Of a stretch of DNA of 11,972 bases, positions 7,613 through 11,972 are shown piece after piece. The position numbers were made by a program, and so were the translations under genes. The stretch lies in UHGV virus genome UHGV-1583900. One strand, given 5' to 3'. Numbering within the stretch: the first letter of the stretch is position 1; each line of letters opens with the position of its first letter. This DNA is from a virus. The notes under the pieces are model-generated. The model did no database searches. It was not told the DNA's origin and was given only the letters and a program-made list of their open reading frames with translations.

Positions 7613-8356
7613 ATGACACAGACAGAATCAGCGATTCTGGCGCACGCCCGGCGATGTGCGCCAGCGGAGTCGTGCGGCTTCGTGGTAAGCACGCCGGAGG
7701 GGGAAAGATATTTTCCCTGCGTGAATATCTCCGGTGAGCCGGAGGCGTATTTCCGTATGTCGCCGGAAGACTGGCTGCAGGCAGAAATGCAGGGTGAGAT
7801 TGTGGCGCTGGTCCACAGCCACCCCGGTGGTCTGCCCTGGCTGAGTGAGGCCGACCGGCGGCTGCAGGTGCAGAGTGATTTGCCGTGGTGGCTGGTCTGC
7901 CGGGGTGAGATTCATAAATTCCGCTGTGTGCCGCATCTCACCGGGCGGCGCTTTGAGCACGGGGTGACGGACTGTTACACGCTGTTCCGGGACGCTTACC
8001 ATCTGGCGGGAATTGAGATGCCGGATTTTCATCGCGGGGATGACTGGTGGCGTAACGGCCAGAATCTCTATCTGGATAATCTGGAGGCGACGGGGCTGTA
8101 TCAGGTGCCGTTGTCAGCGGCACAGCCGGGCGATGTGCTGCTGTGCTGTTTTGGTTCATCAGTGCCGAATCACGCCGCAATTTACTGCGGCGACGGCGAG
8201 CTGCTGCACCATATTCCTGAACAACTGAGCAAACGAGAGAGGTATACCGACAAATGGCAGCGACGCACACACTCCCTCTGGCGTCACCGGGCATGGCACG
8301 CATCTGCCTTTACGGGGATTTACAACGATTTGGCCGCCGCATCGACCTTCGTGTGA
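7613..8356 (+). CDS. K: Tail tip assembly protein K (JAB/MPN metalloprotease-like domain + NlpC/P60-like domain); classical lambda annotation starts at the internal ATG 7757
   Basis: ORF of 247 codons from ATG 7613, 5 nt after the L stop. JAMM-type motif HSHPGGLPWLSEAD at 7814..7855 with an upstream E-x-CG element (AESCGFVV); downstream Cys/His papain-like residues (VTDCYTLF, NHAAIY). Internal ATG at 7757 preceded by GGAGG gives the 199-aa version. Confidence 0.8.
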   Translation: MTQTESAILAHARRCAPAESCGFVVSTPEGERYFPCVNISGEPEAYFRMSPEDWLQAEMQGEIVALVHSHPGGLPWLSEADRRLQVQSDLPWWLVCRGEIHKFRCVPHLTGRRFEHGVTDCYTLFRDAYHLAGIEMPDFHRGDDWWRNGQNLYLDNLEATGLYQVPLSAAQPGDVLLCCFGSSVPNHAAIYCGDGELLHHIPEQLSKRERYTDKWQRRTHSLWRHRAWHASAFTGIYNDLAAASTFV

Positions 8357-8925
8357 AAACGGGGGCTGAAGCCATCCGGGCACTGGCCACACAGCTCCCG
8401 GCGTTTCGTCAGAAACTGAGCGACGGCTGGTATCAGGTACGGATTGCCGGGCGGGACGTCAGCACGTCCGGGTTAACGGCGCAGTTACATGAGACTCTGC
8501 CTGATGGCGCTGTGATTCATATTGTTCCCAGAGTCGCCGGGGCCAAGTCAGGTGGCGTATTCCAGATTGTCCTGGGGGCTGCCGCCATTGCCGGATCATT
8601 CTTTACCGCCGGAGCCACCCTTGCAGCATGGGGGGCAGCCATTGGGGCCGGTGGTATGACCGGCATCCTGTTTTCTCTCGGTGCCAGTATGGTGCTCGGT
8701 GGTGTGGCGCAGATGCTGGCACCGAAAGCCAGAACTCCCCGTACACAGACAACGGATAACGGCAAACAGAACACCTATTTCTCCTCACTGGATAACATGG
8801 TTGCCCAGGGCAATGTTCTGCCTGTTCTGTACGGGGAAATGCGCGTGGGGTCACGCGTGGTTTCTCAGGAGATCAGCACGGCAGACGAAGGGGACGGTGG
8901 TCAGGTTGTGGTGATTGGTCGCTGA
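8254..8925 (+). CDS. I: Tail tip assembly protein I (ubiquitin-like N-terminal region, hydrophobic Gly/Ala-rich central segment)
   Basis: MAATHTLPLASPGMARICLYGDLQRFGRRIDLRVKTGAEAIRALATQLPAFRQKL... 223 aa, matching lambda gpI. Overlaps the last 103 nt of K in a different frame. Confidence 0.9.
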   Translation: MAATHTLPLASPGMARICLYGDLQRFGRRIDLRVKTGAEAIRALATQLPAFRQKLSDGWYQVRIAGRDVSTSGLTAQLHETLPDGAVIHIVPRVAGAKSGGVFQIVLGAAAIAGSFFTAGATLAAWGAAIGAGGMTGILFSLGASMVLGGVAQMLAPKARTPRTQTTDNGKQNTYFSSLDNMVAQGNVLPVLYGEMRVGSRVVSQEISTADEGDGGQVVVIGR

Positions 8926-8943
8926 TGCAAAATGTTTTATGTG

Positions 8944-8970
8944 AAACCGCCTGCGGGCGGTTTTGTCGTT
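8944..8970 (+). terminator. Terminator-like hairpin between I and J: 8-bp stem AAACCGCC/GGCGGTTT, TGCG loop, T-rich tail
   Basis: Perfect inverted repeat 8944..8951 / 8956..8963 with 4-nt loop, followed by TTTTGTCGTTT. Sits in the 60-nt I-J intergenic spacer. Confidence 0.35.
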
Positions 8971-8985
8971 TATGGAGCGTGAGGA

Positions 8986-11972
8986 ATGGGTAAAGGAAGC
9001 AGTAAGGGGCATACCCCGCGCGAAGCGAAGGACAACCTGAAGTCCACGCAGTTGCTGAGTGTGATCGATGCCATCAGCGAAGGGCCGATTGAAGGTCCGG
9101 TGGATGGATTAAAAAGCGTGCTGCTGAACAGTACGCCGGTGCTGGACAGTGAGGGGAATACCAACATCTCCGGTGTCACGGTGGTGTTCCGGGCAGGTGA
9201 GCAGGAGCAGAGTCCGCCGGAGGGATTTGAATCCTCCGGCTCCGAGACGGTGCTGGGTACGGAAGTGAAATATGACACGCCGATCACCCGCACCATCACG
9301 TCGGCAAACATCGACCGTCTGCGCTTTACCTTCGGTGTGCAGGCACTGGTGGAAACCACCTCAAAGGGGGACCGGAATCCGTCGGAAGTCCGCCTGCTGG
9401 TTCAGATACAGCGTAATGGTGGCTGGGTGACGGAAAAAGACATCACCATTAAGGGCAAAACCACCTCGCAGTATCTGGCCTCGGTGGTGGTGGATAACCT
9501 GCCGCCGCGCCCGTTTAATATCCGGATGCGCAGGATGACGCCGGACAGCACCACAGACCAGCTGCAGAACAAAACGCTCTGGTCGTCATACACCGAAATC
9601 ATCGATGTGAAACAGTGCTACCCGAACACGGCACTGGTCGGCGTGCAGGTGGACTCGGAACAGTTCGGCAGCCAGCAGGTGAGCCGTAATTATCATCTTC
9701 GCGGGCGCATTCTGCAGGTGCCGTCGAACTATAACCCGCAGACGCGGCAATACAGCGGTATCTGGGACGGAACGTTTAAGCCAGCATACAGCAACAACAT
9801 GGCCTGGTGTCTGTGGGATATGCTGACCCATCCGCGCTACGGCATGGGGAAACGTCTTGGTGCGGCGGATGTGGACAAATGGGCGCTGTATGTCATCGGC
9901 CAGTACTGCGACCAGTCAGTGCCGGACGGCTTTGGCGGCACGGAGCCGCGCATCACCTGTAATGCGTACCTGACCACACAGCGCAAGGCGTGGGATGTGC
10001 TCAGTGATTTCTGCTCGGCGATGCGCTGTATGCCGGTATGGAACGGGCAGACGCTGACGTTCGTGCAGGACCGACCGTCGGATAAGGTGTGGACCTATAA
10101 CCGCAGTAATGTGGTGATGCCGGATGATGGCGCGCCGTTCCGCTACAGCTTCAGCGCCCTGAAGGACCGCCATAATGCCGTTGAGGTGAACTGGATTGAC
10201 CCGAACAACGGCTGGGAGACGGCGACAGAGCTTGTTGAAGATACGCAGGCCATTGCCCGTTACGGTCGTAACGTCACGAAGATGGATGCCTTTGGCTGTA
10301 CCAGCCGGGGGCAGGCGCACCGCGCCGGGCTGTGGCTGATTAAAACGGAACTGCTGGAAACGCAGACCGTGGACTTCAGCGTGGGTGCGGAAGGGCTTCG
10401 CCATGTGCCGGGCGATGTCATTGAAATCTGCGATGATGACTATGCGGGGATCAGCACCGGCGGGCGCGTGCTGGCGGTGAACAGCCAGACCCGGACGCTG
10501 ACGCTCGACCGTGAAATCACGCTGCCATCCTCCGGTACCACGCTGATAAGCCTGGTTGACGGAAGTGGCAATCCGGTCAGCGTGGAGGTCCAGTCCGTCA
10601 CCGACGGCGTGAAGGTAAAAGTGAGCCGTGTTCCTGACGGCGTTGCCGGATACAGCGTATGGGGGCTGAAGCTGCCGACGCTGCGCCAGCGCCTGTTCCG
10701 CTGCGTGAGTATCCGTGAGAACGACGACGGCACGTATGCCATCACCGCCGTGCAGCATGTACCGGAAAAAGAAGCCATCGTGGATAACGGGGCGCACTTT
10801 GACGGCGACCAGAGCGGCACGGTGAATGGTGTCACGCCGCCAGCGGTGCAGCACCTGACTGCCGAAGTCACCGCAGACAGCGGGGAATATCAGGTGCTGG
10901 CGCGCTGGGACACGCCGAAGGTGGTGAAGGGCGTGAGTTTCATGCTTCGCCTGACCGTGGCAGCGGATGACGGCAGTGAGCGGCTGGTCAGCACGGCCCG
11001 GACGACGGAAACCACTTACCGCTTCACACAACTGGCTCTGGGGAACTACAGGCTGACAGTCCGGGCAGTAAATGCGTGGGGGCAGCAGGGCGATCCGGCG
11101 TCGGTATCGTTCCGGATTGCCGCACCGGCAGCGCCGTCGCGGATTGAGCTGACGCCGGGCTATTTTCAGATAACCGCCACGCCGCATCTTGCGGTTTATG
11201 ACCCGACGGTACAGTTTGAGTTCTGGTTCTCGGAAAAGCGGATTGCGGATATCAGGCAGGTTGAAACCACAGCCCGCTATCTTGGCACGGCGCTGTACTG
11301 GATAGCCGCCAGTATCAATATCAAACCGGGCCATGATTATTACTTTTATATCCGCAGTGTGAACACCGTTGGCAAATCGGCATTCGTGGAGGCTGTCGGT
11401 CAGCCGAGTGATGATGCATCAGGCTATCTGGATTTTTTCAAAGGCGAGATAGGGAAAACCCATCTGGCTCAGGAGCTGTGGACGCAGATTGATAACGGTC
11501 AGCTTGCGCCTGACCTGACTGAAATCAGGACGTCCATAACGGATGTCAGCAATGAAATCACACAGACCGTCAATAAGAAACTGGAAGACCAGAGTGCAGC
11601 GATCCAGCAGATACAGAAGGTTCAGGTTGATACAAATAATAACCTGAACAGCATGTGGGCAGTGAAGCTGCAGCAGATGCAGGACGGACGCCTTTATATT
11701 GCGGGTATCGGTGCCGGTATTGAGAACACCCCTGACGGCATGCAGAGTCAGGTGCTGCTGGCGGCGGACAGGATTGCGATGATTAATCCTGCAAATGGCA
11801 ACACAAAACCGATGTTTGTTGGTCAGGGTGATCAGATATTCATGAATGAAGTGTTCCTGAAATATCTGACGGCTCCCACCATTACCAGCGGCGGTAATCC
11901 TCCGGCATTTTCCCTGACACCGGACGGGCGGCTGACGGCGAAAAATGCTGATATCAGCGGTAACGTGAATGC
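8986..11972 (+). CDS. J: Central tail fiber / host specificity protein J, N-terminal ~995 codons (runs off the right edge of the window)
   Basis: ATG 8986 preceded by GAGGAA. Translation [54 protein letters not shown]... matches lambda gpJ. Frame read codon by codon to 11972 with no stop; absent from the ORF track only because it is open-ended. Confidence 0.92.
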   Translation, partial: MGKGSSKGHTPREAKDNLKSTQLLSVIDAISEGPIEGPVDGLKSVLLNSTPVLDSEGNTNISGVTVVFRAGEQEQSPPEGFESSGSETVLGTEVKYDTPITRTITSANIDRLRFTFGVQALVETTSKGDRNPSEVRLLVQIQRNGGWVTEKDITIKGKTTSQYLASVVVDNLPPRPFNIRMRRMTPDSTTDQLQNKTLWSSYTEIIDVKQCYPNTALVGVQVDSEQFGSQQVSRNYHLRGRILQVPSNYNPQTRQYSGIWDGTFKPAYSNNMAWCLWDMLTHPRYGMGKRLGAADVDKWALYVIGQYCDQSVPDGFGGTEPRITCNAYLTTQRKAWDVLSDFCSAMRCMPVWNGQTLTFVQDRPSDKVWTYNRSNVVMPDDGAPFRYSFSALKDRHNAVEVNWIDPNNGWETATELVEDTQAIARYGRNVTKMDAFGCTSRGQAHRAGLWLIKTELLETQTVDFSVGAEGLRHVPGDVIEICDDDYAGISTGGRVLAVNSQTRTLTLDREITLPSSGTTLISLVDGSGNPVSVEVQSVTDGVKVKVSRVPDGVAGYSVWGLKLPTLRQRLFRCVSIRENDDGTYAITAVQHVPEKEAIVDNGAHFDGDQSGTVNGVTPPAVQHLTAEVTADSGEYQVLARWDTPKVVKGVSFMLRLTVAADDGSERLVSTARTTETTYRFTQLALGNYRLTVRAVNAWGQQGDPASVSFRIAAPAAPSRIELTPGYFQITATPHLAVYDPTVQFEFWFSEKRIADIRQVETTARYLGTALYWIAASINIKPGHDYYFYIRSVNTVGKSAFVEAVGQPSDDASGYLDFFKGEIGKTHLAQELWTQIDNGQLAPDLTEIRTSITDVSNEITQTVNKKLEDQSAAIQQIQKVQVDTNNNLNSMWAVKLQQMQDGRLYIAGIGAGIENTPDGMQSQVLLAADRIAMINPANGNTKPMFVGQGDQIFMNEVFLKYLTAPTITSGGNPPAFSLTPDGRLTAKNADISGNVN

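Noticed and set aside
9916-11334. Long minus-strand ORF (472 aa) and other minus-strand ORFs (e.g. 6807..7619, 4580..5158, 5198..5728, 5674..6192)
   Set aside because: They lie fully antisense to well-supported, lambda-homologous plus-strand genes (J, L, H). The translations are Arg/Pro-rich and low-complexity, as expected for antisense frames of GC-rich coding DNA, and no lambda gene is known on this strand here.
1-11972. Possibility that the window encodes a novel defence, secretion or other undescribed system
   Set aside because: Every substantial ORF is accounted for by a lambda-type head-tail morphogenesis gene in canonical order. There is no unexplained coding capacity, repeat array or foreign insertion. 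The unusual aspects are defects in known genes (Z amber, E disruption), not a new system.
1-11972. CRISPR arrays, tRNA/rRNA genes, IS elements or tandem repeats
   Set aside because: No regularly spaced direct repeats, no tRNA-like cloverleaf candidates and no terminal inverted repeats were seen. The only short inverted repeats are the two hairpins reported above.

Overview
This window is a contiguous, single-strand (+) block of the phage lambda-type late morphogenesis operon: the 3' part of major capsid gene E, then FI, FII, Z, U, V, G/G-T, H (tape measure), M, L, K, I and the first ~995 codons of J, which runs off the right edge. Gene order, sizes, overlaps (ATGA junctions, the K/I overlap) and protein sequences match my recollection of lambda closely, so this is lambda or a very close lambdoid (pro)phage, not an undescribed system. 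There are no RNA genes, CRISPR arrays or IS elements. Two things deviate from an intact lambda module and are the most noteworthy: an in-frame TAG stop at codon 40 of Z (1574..1576), and loss of the E reading frame upstream of position 77 (in-frame TGA at 14..16 and 68..70). Together they suggest a defective or cryptic prophage, or an engineered amber allele. Other points are known lambda biology that can be read directly from the sequence: the G-T -1 frameshift site, the JAB/MPN + NlpC/P60 architecture of K with a longer ORF than the classical annotation, and hairpins after E and after I. Identifications rest on recalled lambda protein sequences; no database search was possible.
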